Below, one piece after another: positions 8,674-16,906 of a stretch of 20,000 nt of DNA (positions are counted from its first letter, which is position 1; every line of letters starts with the position of its first letter). The notes below the pieces were generated by a model. That model did not search any database. It was given only the letters and a program-made list of their open reading frames with translations, and was not told the origin of the DNA. The stretch lies in the IMG/VR virus record IMGVR_UViG_3300020576_003687. The stretch is one strand, 5' to 3'. Made by a program: the position numbers and the translations under genes. The stretch comes from an uncultured virus (IMG/VR IMGVR_UViG_3300020576_003687). Taxonomy: Duplodnaviria; Heunggongvirae; Uroviricota; Caudoviricetes.

Positions 8674-9071
8674 TGTGGTATAAGAAGAGCCAGCAAATGT
8701 TTGACGAGGATCAATCTTTCAAGATTGATAACTTTTCTGACAGAAATCTTGTTAATTCAAGAATTGAATCCTTGACAGGCATCGCTGATATGCTTGATTA
8801 TTGCGCAAGGTTAGTTTATCAAACACAAAGAGGAGCAAGAGGTGTTGTTGCCGAGTTGAGGGCTAATAAGAAGATTTCATCATTTCCGATTGTTATGGAG
8901 CTTTTGGAACAAGCTGATAAAGTTGCAATGGATTCTCCTTCAAAGTTTGCCGATCTTTGTAAAGAGGCTGCAATAGAACTTGACAGAAGAATCTCTAAGC
9001 TTGTAGAACTTAGGGAAGAGTTCTCAGACGGCCCTAAAGACTACATCAAGCCTAAAAAAGGTTTGTTCTAA
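8673..9071 (+). CDS. Hypothetical helical protein beginning MWYKKSQ (132 aa)
   Basis: TAATG stop/start overlap with the upstream gene; no known domain recognised. Confidence 0.72.
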   Translation: MWYKKSQQMFDEDQSFKIDNFSDRNLVNSRIESLTGIADMLDYCARLVYQTQRGARGVVAELRANKKISSFPIVMELLEQADKVAMDSPSKFADLCKEAAIELDRRISKLVELREEFSDGPKDYIKPKKGLF

Positions 9072-9083
9072 TAGGAGAAAGCT

Positions 9084-9752
9084 GTGGCTGAAGACAAAGA
9101 CATACAAAAAGCAGAAACAAAAGCTCTTGCGAAAGACCCAAGAGAGTATTCTAGCATTATAGATTATGCTAAAGACCTAACATGCCATCCCATAGTCAAA
9201 ACAAACTGCAAACTCTGTAATTCAATCTATAGAACAGAAGCTGAAGAAATGTTTGCTGAAGGCAAGAATCCTCATTATGTTTATAAGTGGTTGAAGAGTA
9301 AGAAAGAGGATATTTCTGATAAAGCTGTTCATAATCATTTTGTTCAGCATTATCAGAAACCAATGATAGAAGCCAGAATAAAGGCTTATGCGGAAAACTT
9401 AGAAGACTATTCTAAAATCAAGATGCAAGACGAAGATCGTCTAAGGCTTTATTCATCTTTGCTTGATCAGCAAATACATATGCTTGCATCTGCGATTCAT
9501 CAAACAAATCCTGAGGAAATGAGAAAGAGTCATGAGACTCTAATAAAGCTTATTGATCAGGCGACTAAGGTTCAAGAGCGAATTAAGGCATTGCAATCAG
9601 AAAATGAACCAGTTAAGATATTGATTGAAAGGCTCAATAACGTTATGACAATCAAATGGAATGATGCGAAAAGTCCAGAGGCTAAGCAAGCCATACAGGA
9701 TATTCTAGATGTAGTAGTTAAGGAAACGGAGACATTGAATGTCACTAAATGA
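9084..9752 (+). CDS. Hypothetical CxxC...HxxxH zinc-binding / HTH-like protein with coiled-coil C-terminus
   Basis: GTG start with SD AGGAGA; CKLC (9207-9218) and HNHFVQH (9330-9350) bracket a helical segment; heptad-like C-terminal half. Confidence 0.65.
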   Translation: MAEDKDIQKAETKALAKDPREYSSIIDYAKDLTCHPIVKTNCKLCNSIYRTEAEEMFAEGKNPHYVYKWLKSKKEDISDKAVHNHFVQHYQKPMIEARIKAYAENLEDYSKIKMQDEDRLRLYSSLLDQQIHMLASAIHQTNPEEMRKSHETLIKLIDQATKVQERIKALQSENEPVKILIERLNNVMTIKWNDAKSPEAKQAIQDILDVVVKETETLNVTK

Positions 9753-9966
9753 TATCATACAGAAGAAAAGATTGTTTCAGAAGATTGGTCTTGGAACCCC
9801 GCAGATGAAACCAGCAACAGTAGTTTCTCAATCTCAAACTCCACCAAGTCAACCAAACCAGCCAAAAACATCCCCTCCACCAGCGGCTCCTCCGTCGCCT
9901 CAGACTACTCCTGCTCCAAAGCCTGCTAAACCTGGTTGCGGAGGGTGTAGGAGAAAGAGGTCTTAA
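9739..9966 (+). CDS. Small Pro/Gln/Ser-rich protein with C-terminal GCGGCRRKRS
   Basis: Fills the gap between flanking genes with a 14-nt overlap upstream and a 2-nt gap downstream; GGAG upstream of the ATG; low-complexity PQ linker. Confidence 0.62.
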   Translation: MSLNDIIQKKRLFQKIGLGTPQMKPATVVSQSQTPPSQPNQPKTSPPPAAPPSPQTTPAPKPAKPGCGGCRRKRS

Positions 9967-9968
9967 CA

Positions 9969-12656
9969 ATGGATTTCGAAACGATCATCAAAGACACGAT
10001 TACGGTTTATCAGCAGAATTGCGGTCAGAAGTTGACTGAAGATCTTGCTAAGGATATAATTCGCGCTCTTCTCTCTGTTAGAGATACAGAAAGAATTTTG
10101 CAGGTTTCTCCAAGACATTTATTACAGGTCGTTTTCGAGAATAAGGAGTTTTATGGCAAGTCGGTTTATCCATGCGATATCGTTCAACTTCGTAGGATAC
10201 TAGAGACAAAGAGAGTTACCGCTCCTTCTAGCATTCTATTGTTCTCCAATGCCGCTTCTGACAGAATTTTCAAAGAACAGAAATGCAGATTGTTCTTGTC
10301 GTTAGACCCGAACAAAATTGCAGAAAAGAATGGCTGCGAAGTCAAAACTTATGGTGGTCTTGCGATTTTTGATTCCAATGAACTCGATATAACAGATGCG
10401 ATTAACTGCATCGTTGTTGAGGGAGGCGGGTATGAAAATGTTCGAGTAGTTGAAACAATCTCCAAAGAGAGCAACATTGGATGTCCTGTCTATACGACTT
10501 CTTTCATACCTGGTATAGACAAGTATAAGTTCGCAAGAACGATGCACTTGTTTGAGGTTGATATCCCTTCTCTTGGTATTCATAAAGAGAAGTGTAGGTC
10601 TATTAGCCCAATGCAGGCTTTGCAAGACGTATTATCAATAAGATGGGACAGGCATCCTGATAGCAAAGTTTATAAGAGAAGACCAGAGAGATATATAGCA
10701 GAATATTGGGCTAACTCTGGATTTTTTGACAGCATAGTTCGACATATTGGACGCAAAAAAGAAGCAGCAGCAATGCCTCAAATTAATCTAACTCCTCAAG
10801 AGCAAACAATCTTTGCAACCCTCATGGATATCAATACAAAGATGTCTTTGGGTATTACTTTCAGAGTTGCGGGCGGCTGGGTTCGAGATAAACTTCTTGG
10901 AACTCCAAGCGACGATATTGATATTGCTCTTGATAAAATGACTGGACAACAGTTTGTCAATAAGGCCATCGAATACACAAAGATGGTCCCAGGTTCTCCC
11001 ATTAAAGTTGACTCTGCATATGTTGTAAAGCAGAATGTTGAGAAGTCGAAGCATCTTGAAACAACCGCTCTTGACATTGGTGGTTTGAAGATTGATTTCG
11101 TTAACCTTAGAGACGAGAGTTATGGCGATTCTCGTATTCCGACAATGACTCTTTCTGACGATCCAAAGGTTGACGCACTAAGGCGAGATTTAACAATCAA
11201 TGCCATGTTTTATAATGTCAATACTGGTCAGGTTGAGGATTATGTTGGAGGTCTAAAAGATCTTCAATCTATGGTTCTCAGGACGCCTCTTGATCCGAAA
11301 AAGACATTCATGGATGACCCCTTAAGGATGCTTAGGGTTTTCCGCTTCTATAGTCGTTATCCAAACGCAAACATTGACGAGGGGACTCTTAATGCAATGA
11401 GAGATCCTGAGGTCCATAACGCCTACAGAAGTAAGGTTGCTCCTGAGAGGGCTGGTCCTGAAATCATTAAGATGTTTGGCGCAGAAAGGCCTGCGGCTGC
11501 TATCCGAGCCATGTTTGCAACAGGGCTTGACGCTGCTATTTTTGACGCAGAAGAAACAAGGAACCTGCTTCCTCTTAACATGGACCAAAGGAATAGGCAT
11601 CACAAGTTCAATCTTCTTGAGCATACTTTGAGGGTTGTCGAAAATCTTGACAAACTCATGAAGCAGAAAAATGTTTCCAAGAAAGATCGAATCAACATGC
11701 TTATGGCTGCGGTCTTTCATGATTATGGTAAGGCTCATCCTGAAATTGGAAAGCCAAAAGAGCATGATCCAGGCGAATACACCTATGTTGGTCATGAGGA
11801 TAAGTCTGCTGATATAGCTGACGCCATCATGAAGAGAATTGGTATTGGTGAAGACGACCGTAAGTTTGTCAATGTTGTTGTTCGTCAACATATGAGGCCT
11901 CACACTGACTCTTGGACTAACAAATCCATTGGTAAGTTTATGCGTGATACGCAAATCCCAGGTAGCGACCGAAAGGATCTCTGGGAGTTTGTTATGATGC
12001 ATGCTCAAGCAGATACAATGGCAAAGTCTGAGGAAGGCGATCAGGCTGACTTTGACCTAAAAGGTCAACATGCCGAGCAAATGAGAGAATACCTGAATAG
12101 GCCTGTTCCAATTCAGATGAAGCCGCTTGTTGACGGCAACCGTTTACAACAGATGTTTCCTACTCTAACTCCTAAGCCGCCAAAGGGATTGCCCTCTTTC
12201 ATTAAGTATATTCAAGACAAGCTTCTTGAAGAGCAGCTTGGCGGTAATATCGCGGACGAACAGCAAGCAATTGCATTTGTTGAGTCTATGCGAATGGAGA
12301 TAGAGAATATGTATGGTCCAAAAAAAGCTCAAGGTTGGTATAATAGAGTAAAAGAGGCAGACGCAAGTTCTGCTTCTGAATTTGGCACTGGCGGTAGATT
12401 GCCTGGTGAAGGTTCGCCTTCAGAATGGGAAGGCGTTAAGTCGATGATTTATAGAGAGCCTGGCTCTTCTTCAATGGTTGCTGTTGGAGATAGATTTAGA
12501 AGTAAGTCTTCAGGTATTGCTTTTGAAGCAAGTCAAGAAGAATCTTTTAGAGTTGTTTCAAAATCTGATGGATATGTTGTTCTGGAAGATTCAAATGGCA
12601 AAAAGAAAAGAGTTGAAGTTGGCATAGAGCTTCCTGGCAAGTATGTAAAGGTCTGA
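9969..12656 (+). CDS. cca: Class II tRNA nucleotidyltransferase (CCA-adding/poly(A) polymerase family) with HD domain and extra N- and C-terminal modules
   Basis: Motif A RVAGGWVRDKLLG...DDIDI (10863-10925), SKHLET, IDFVNLRDESY, DALRRDLTINAMFYN, FMDDPLRMLRVFRF, APER; HD domain EHTLRVV...AAVFHDYGK (HD at 11718-11723)...GHEDKSA...QHMRPH. Catalytic core starts near M269 (10773). Confidence 0.9.
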   Translation: MDFETIIKDTITVYQQNCGQKLTEDLAKDIIRALLSVRDTERILQVSPRHLLQVVFENKEFYGKSVYPCDIVQLRRILETKRVTAPSSILLFSNAASDRIFKEQKCRLFLSLDPNKIAEKNGCEVKTYGGLAIFDSNELDITDAINCIVVEGGGYENVRVVETISKESNIGCPVYTTSFIPGIDKYKFARTMHLFEVDIPSLGIHKEKCRSISPMQALQDVLSIRWDRHPDSKVYKRRPERYIAEYWANSGFFDSIVRHIGRKKEAAAMPQINLTPQEQTIFATLMDINTKMSLGITFRVAGGWVRDKLLGTPSDDIDIALDKMTGQQFVNKAIEYTKMVPGSPIKVDSAYVVKQNVEKSKHLETTALDIGGLKIDFVNLRDESYGDSRIPTMTLSDDPKVDALRRDLTINAMFYNVNTGQVEDYVGGLKDLQSMVLRTPLDPKKTFMDDPLRMLRVFRFYSRYPNANIDEGTLNAMRDPEVHNAYRSKVAPERAGPEIIKMFGAERPAAAIRAMFATGLDAAIFDAEETRNLLPLNMDQRNRHHKFNLLEHTLRVVENLDKLMKQKNVSKKDRINMLMAAVFHDYGKAHPEIGKPKEHDPGEYTYVGHEDKSADIADAIMKRIGIGEDDRKFVNVVVRQHMRPHTDSWTNKSIGKFMRDTQIPGSDRKDLWEFVMMHAQADTMAKSEEGDQADFDLKGQHAEQMREYLNRPVPIQMKPLVDGNRLQQMFPTLTPKPPKGLPSFIKYIQDKLLEEQLGGNIADEQQAIAFVESMRMEIENMYGPKKAQGWYNRVKEADASSASEFGTGGRLPGEGSPSEWEGVKSMIYREPGSSSMVAVGDRFRSKSSGIAFEASQEESFRVVSKSDGYVVLEDSNGKKKRVEVGIELPGKYVKV

Positions 12657-12663
12657 AAATAGA

Positions 12664-15600
12664 ATGGCTCAATCATATGTATCAAACATAAACTTTCGAG
12701 AACAAAGGTTTATTGGTTCTTCAATGACCTATGACGGAGTTCCCGTTGACGTACCAGCGCCTGGCCCCTTTCTTTCGAATATATCAATCTCGTCTCAGGT
12801 TCCGAATCCTGAAACGAGTGTTTGTACAATGACGGTTGTTGGCGTTCCTGGACAAGACCCTGACGGCACTATTTATAGCGGTCAGTTTAGAGTTAAAAGA
12901 AACGTTTCAACAGGAAACCCTGTTATTACCGTTTCAGGAACTGGTCTTACAAATTCTCAGCTTTCCATTATTAGAAGTTCAATCTTTTTGGTTGAAACGC
13001 CAGCTTCAAATGGTATTGATGACATTGCGACTTTTACGGTAAATCTAACTCCTATTGCAAGTTCTGGCATAAGAGAGTTTACTGTAAACATACCATTCGA
13101 AGATTCAAACTTAGATGTTCCAAGCAATAACATCGTAATACCGTTCTTGAATTTTGACGGAAGTAATGCTCCTCCTTCAAGTTTTCCAAATCCAATCATT
13201 GTTTCAGTTGATAATGGCGAGTTATCCATTAATGCTGGCAATATAAGGCAGACTGTTCCTGCTATTTCAATACAGAGAAACTGGCCAACTTCTAGAAACG
13301 TAGTTTCAGCATCAGTTTCTTATAACAATGTAAGTCCTCCTGATTATACTTTGCGTCTTGATGTTTATGAAGACTTTACAAATCAAGAAGGTATAAGAAT
13401 TGTTCCTGCAAATCTAACTCCGTTACCGTCAACAGATGGAACGATAACTACAGACCTAAACCTTAATATGTCGGTCTCTGCTGGTTTATGGAGGCTTCCA
13501 TCGGGTTCCGCTGGTGGCGGCGCTATTCCTTATAGAGAATCAAGCATATACAGAAGACTTAAGTATTCTTTGCAATATGGTATTGCAAGATATGCTAGCG
13601 GAGTTTTACAGTCTGGTGAAATGTTTCGATATACCATTTACGCAGCTACATCTGTAAAACTTGATTCTTTGGTTACAGGAACTGGAAATAATCGTAAAGT
13701 CAATATGTATTACAACTGTAACGATTCCGGTGCAGTTGCTCGAAGACCTTTTAATCTTCAAAATCAAACCGGAAGTGTTTTTGTATCTGTTACTCTAAAT
13801 ATAGATAGAACAAATTCCTTAAATAACTATTTTGAACTTGTTGGCTATCATAATGGTCCAGCAACTTTTAGATATGAAGATTTTTCGAATGACATGACTG
13901 TTAAGGATTTTGTTGCAGAAGTAAGAAGTCGATTGCTGGCCCAATACCCATTATGGCATAATGGACTTTCTTTCAATATTACAACCATATATCAATACGG
14001 CAGAATGGGAGATGTTAGATCTGAATCTGTTACAGATTTGGCTTCTGCTCCAAATACTCCAAATTCCGTTGTTTTTGTACTTGAACCAGAAGATGCAAAT
14101 GCTTCTTTATTTCAAAGAGAATTTGTCCCTCATGATTTAGTAACAGACCCATCTAATCCTGTAAGAAAAACGTTTAGAGAGTTTGAGCAATGGCTTATAC
14201 AATCATTTGGTAGCTATGGCCTTGTTATAGAATGGTCAATCCCAAACGTACCTGAATGGAGAGATCTTGCTTTAATTCCGTTTGGTCTTTCTCTTGTAGA
14301 TACATATGTTACTTTGGCTCAAAATAGAATTCAATATGGTCATACTATAAATTCTAATCCTAAATGCCTGCTTGATATATCTTCTGATAGCACTCATTAT
14401 TCACAGTATAATACAGGATTGCTATTACAAGGAATTCCTATAATAGTTAATACGCAAATTAATGCAACAATTCAACAAGTTGCAACGGACATTGCAAATC
14501 AAATTAATGCGGTTATAGCAAATCCAAGCGTTAGATATTCTTATCCATCTTATATATCATTTCCGCCAAGATTACAAGTAAATTGTTCTATTCCTGCATC
14601 TATGTATGCAAATTTATCAGCCGCAAATCTTATTGCTCCGCAAACGCCAAATGGCAGTGATGTACCTGTATCTGTTTTTGGTTATGGCCCCAATCCTCCT
14701 ATTTGGTCTAGATACTTTAGAATTCCAAGTTCTTTACAAATTCTAACTGGACTTTCAACCGGACATTCAATTGCGAATACTTTTTCCAATTTTAAGCTAA
14801 CTGGTAATAGTTCTATTAGTGTACAAGTTCAAGCGGATGCGTTTAGGACACTGGGTGATTTTGTAAATCTAATAAACTCTAATGCTTCAAATTACATATC
14901 AGCTTCTCTTGTTGATTCGAACTATGGTAATTCTATTATATTGCTAAATTCATTTCCTATTAGTTCTTGGAATATAGTAACTCAAGGCAATATAAATATG
15001 AATGCTCAAACTGAAATACCTCTTATTAGAAGGTATCAATTATCTCAGCATTTTACCCTTGTTTCCTTGGTTAATGCTATTCAAAACGATTGGGCTTCTA
15101 ATATTGATGTAAGCGTAAATATCACAACAAATCAACATTCAGACGCTAGGCCTTTAAGACTTATTTCTCCATTTACAACAGGAGATATAAGGACTAACCC
15201 TCTTCCAAAAACGCTAAATGGAACTGTAACTAATATCTCGAATGTTCTAATACCAACAGAAGACGTAACAATTTCTTATAATATTGCTTTCGCAAATAAT
15301 GGAGGCCCAGGCGGTCCTCCTGGCGGAACCATAACAAGCGGCATACAGGTTGCTCTTGGCGGATATGAAAAAGACGGCGTTTTCTATCCTTATAATGCTC
15401 CGAATGCTTTCTTTGAGCCTGTTTACAATACTGTTTTCCCAATTAACTTTACAACGATAGACGCTGATGTTGTTTATCTTCTAGTTAAGAGTAGAACGAC
15501 CGAAGATTCAGTAACAACATATACTTCAACTGCTTCTTGTTATTCTGGCTTAGTAAGGTATAGCAATGGTTATAATCCATATTCTATAAATGCATTTGTG

Positions 15601-16896
15601 CCTACTGATTCTAAGTTTACAAGCGTTTGGACAGAACAGGGGCTTGGAGTTCCTGTTACAATATCAGTCCCTGTTTATTCAACGCTTATGGATGTAACAA
15701 TTGAGGATTCATGTATTCTCGATTCAATAACATTGAAAATAACAAACAAGCCAGCAGAGCTTGATCAGTTTGGCTTCTTGGCAGTGAATCGAACCAATAA
15801 TACGAAGTCTCAAACAGAATCTAAGGTTGCAAGAGTCTTTGGTCTTGTTCTTGACAATAGGGGATCTTGGGACGTTCTTATTTCTCCAGAAGCCACTCTT
15901 ACTCTTGATCCTTCAGGGACAATTCCTCATCTTGGTTCTTACTACAATAGAAATGTATTTGACGACGACGAAGGTTACGATTTCAGCATTACTACCAATC
16001 TCCCGTCAGAAGTTTCAAATGCAATATCTTTGATTCCTGTTCCTGGAAATCCTCAAGTTTGGATTCTAAGAATTGAGCATGCGGTCAAGAGGTATCTTGC
16101 TTCATTGTTGGCGCAAAATGACGACGAAGAATCATTGGTTGGATGCTATTTGAATGTTGATATTCTTGTCAAGGGTAGAACGACTGAGGTTGAAGGCACA
16201 GCGAGAGTAACTATTTATCATGATTACACTTGCGTTTATGATATTGGTCTTTGTGATTTCTTCTGGAATCTTATTGACCCTCCAAAGCCAACTGGACCAG
16301 AGATTATTCAGAACAGAATTGAAGTGGCTTATGAAACGCTTGTTGATTGTTCAAACTTGACAACGCCTATAAACTACAACATAGCAGTTAATGCGCCTAT
16401 ACTTATTACGGCAACAAACATTCCAACATTCAAAAATGGCAATGCGTTGTTACTTATCAAGTCGAGCTATACTCCTGAGGTTCAAGGGTTTTACTTTCCA
16501 GTTGGTAATCAACTTGATGTTCTTCAGTTTGCTTCTTGTTCTAGTTTGAATTCGAACTTGCCATTGATGCAAAGGCTCAATAGAGAGTTCTTACTTCTCC
16601 CTGATAGAACATCTCCAATTACTGACATTTTCGAGATTAGAAATCTATTGAACTCAGAAAGTTCGTATTTGTATGTCAAGCCGCAGTTTAGTTTCCCTCC
16701 AGACGATAATATCAAAGACTGTAGCAATAACGAGATTGTTGTTGTTGGTATTGGGTACACCTTTAAGAATTGGGTGAATGGCGTTAGAGAAGACGATGTG
16801 GTTATTGGATTGAACCTTCTCTTCCCTCAGGGTCTATTTACCTCTCCAGAAATTGATATCTGTTATCGCTACTATTACAATCAGAAGGAAACTTAA
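12664..16896 (+). CDS. Large (1410 aa) Ser/Thr/Asn/Pro/Val-rich beta-rich protein, putative virion structural/adhesion protein
   Basis: 4.2-kb uninterrupted ORF; Lys-poor composition unlike the cytoplasmic genes upstream; no signal peptide evident; degenerate internal T-L-x-D-[FL]-V-x-x-I-N repeats. Function is inference. Confidence 0.6.
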   Translation: MAQSYVSNINFREQRFIGSSMTYDGVPVDVPAPGPFLSNISISSQVPNPETSVCTMTVVGVPGQDPDGTIYSGQFRVKRNVSTGNPVITVSGTGLTNSQLSIIRSSIFLVETPASNGIDDIATFTVNLTPIASSGIREFTVNIPFEDSNLDVPSNNIVIPFLNFDGSNAPPSSFPNPIIVSVDNGELSINAGNIRQTVPAISIQRNWPTSRNVVSASVSYNNVSPPDYTLRLDVYEDFTNQEGIRIVPANLTPLPSTDGTITTDLNLNMSVSAGLWRLPSGSAGGGAIPYRESSIYRRLKYSLQYGIARYASGVLQSGEMFRYTIYAATSVKLDSLVTGTGNNRKVNMYYNCNDSGAVARRPFNLQNQTGSVFVSVTLNIDRTNSLNNYFELVGYHNGPATFRYEDFSNDMTVKDFVAEVRSRLLAQYPLWHNGLSFNITTIYQYGRMGDVRSESVTDLASAPNTPNSVVFVLEPEDANASLFQREFVPHDLVTDPSNPVRKTFREFEQWLIQSFGSYGLVIEWSIPNVPEWRDLALIPFGLSLVDTYVTLAQNRIQYGHTINSNPKCLLDISSDSTHYSQYNTGLLLQGIPIIVNTQINATIQQVATDIANQINAVIANPSVRYSYPSYISFPPRLQVNCSIPASMYANLSAANLIAPQTPNGSDVPVSVFGYGPNPPIWSRYFRIPSSLQILTGLSTGHSIANTFSNFKLTGNSSISVQVQADAFRTLGDFVNLINSNASNYISASLVDSNYGNSIILLNSFPISSWNIVTQGNINMNAQTEIPLIRRYQLSQHFTLVSLVNAIQNDWASNIDVSVNITTNQHSDARPLRLISPFTTGDIRTNPLPKTLNGTVTNISNVLIPTEDVTISYNIAFANNGGPGGPPGGTITSGIQVALGGYEKDGVFYPYNAPNAFFEPVYNTVFPINFTTIDADVVYLLVKSRTTEDSVTTYTSTASCYSGLVRYSNGYNPYSINAFVPTDSKFTSVWTEQGLGVPVTISVPVYSTLMDVTIEDSCILDSITLKITNKPAELDQFGFLAVNRTNNTKSQTESKVARVFGLVLDNRGSWDVLISPEATLTLDPSGTIPHLGSYYNRNVFDDDEGYDFSITTNLPSEVSNAISLIPVPGNPQVWILRIEHAVKRYLASLLAQNDDEESLVGCYLNVDILVKGRTTEVEGTARVTIYHDYTCVYDIGLCDFFWNLIDPPKPTGPEIIQNRIEVAYETLVDCSNLTTPINYNIAVNAPILITATNIPTFKNGNALLLIKSSYTPEVQGFYFPVGNQLDVLQFASCSSLNSNLPLMQRLNREFLLLPDRTSPITDIFEIRNLLNSESSYLYVKPQFSFPPDDNIKDCSNNEIVVVGIGYTFKNWVNGVREDDVVIGLNLLFPQGLFTSPEIDICYRYYYNQKET

Positions 16897-16906
16897 GGAC
16901 TAAAGA

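Noticed and set aside
9048..9071. C-terminal KPKKGLF as a beta-clamp-binding motif
   Set aside because: Lacks the conserved Gln of QL[SD]LF; too short to support.
11322..12008. 228-aa minus-strand ORF
   Set aside because: Antisense shadow of the conserved CCA/HD region, with no recognisable domain.
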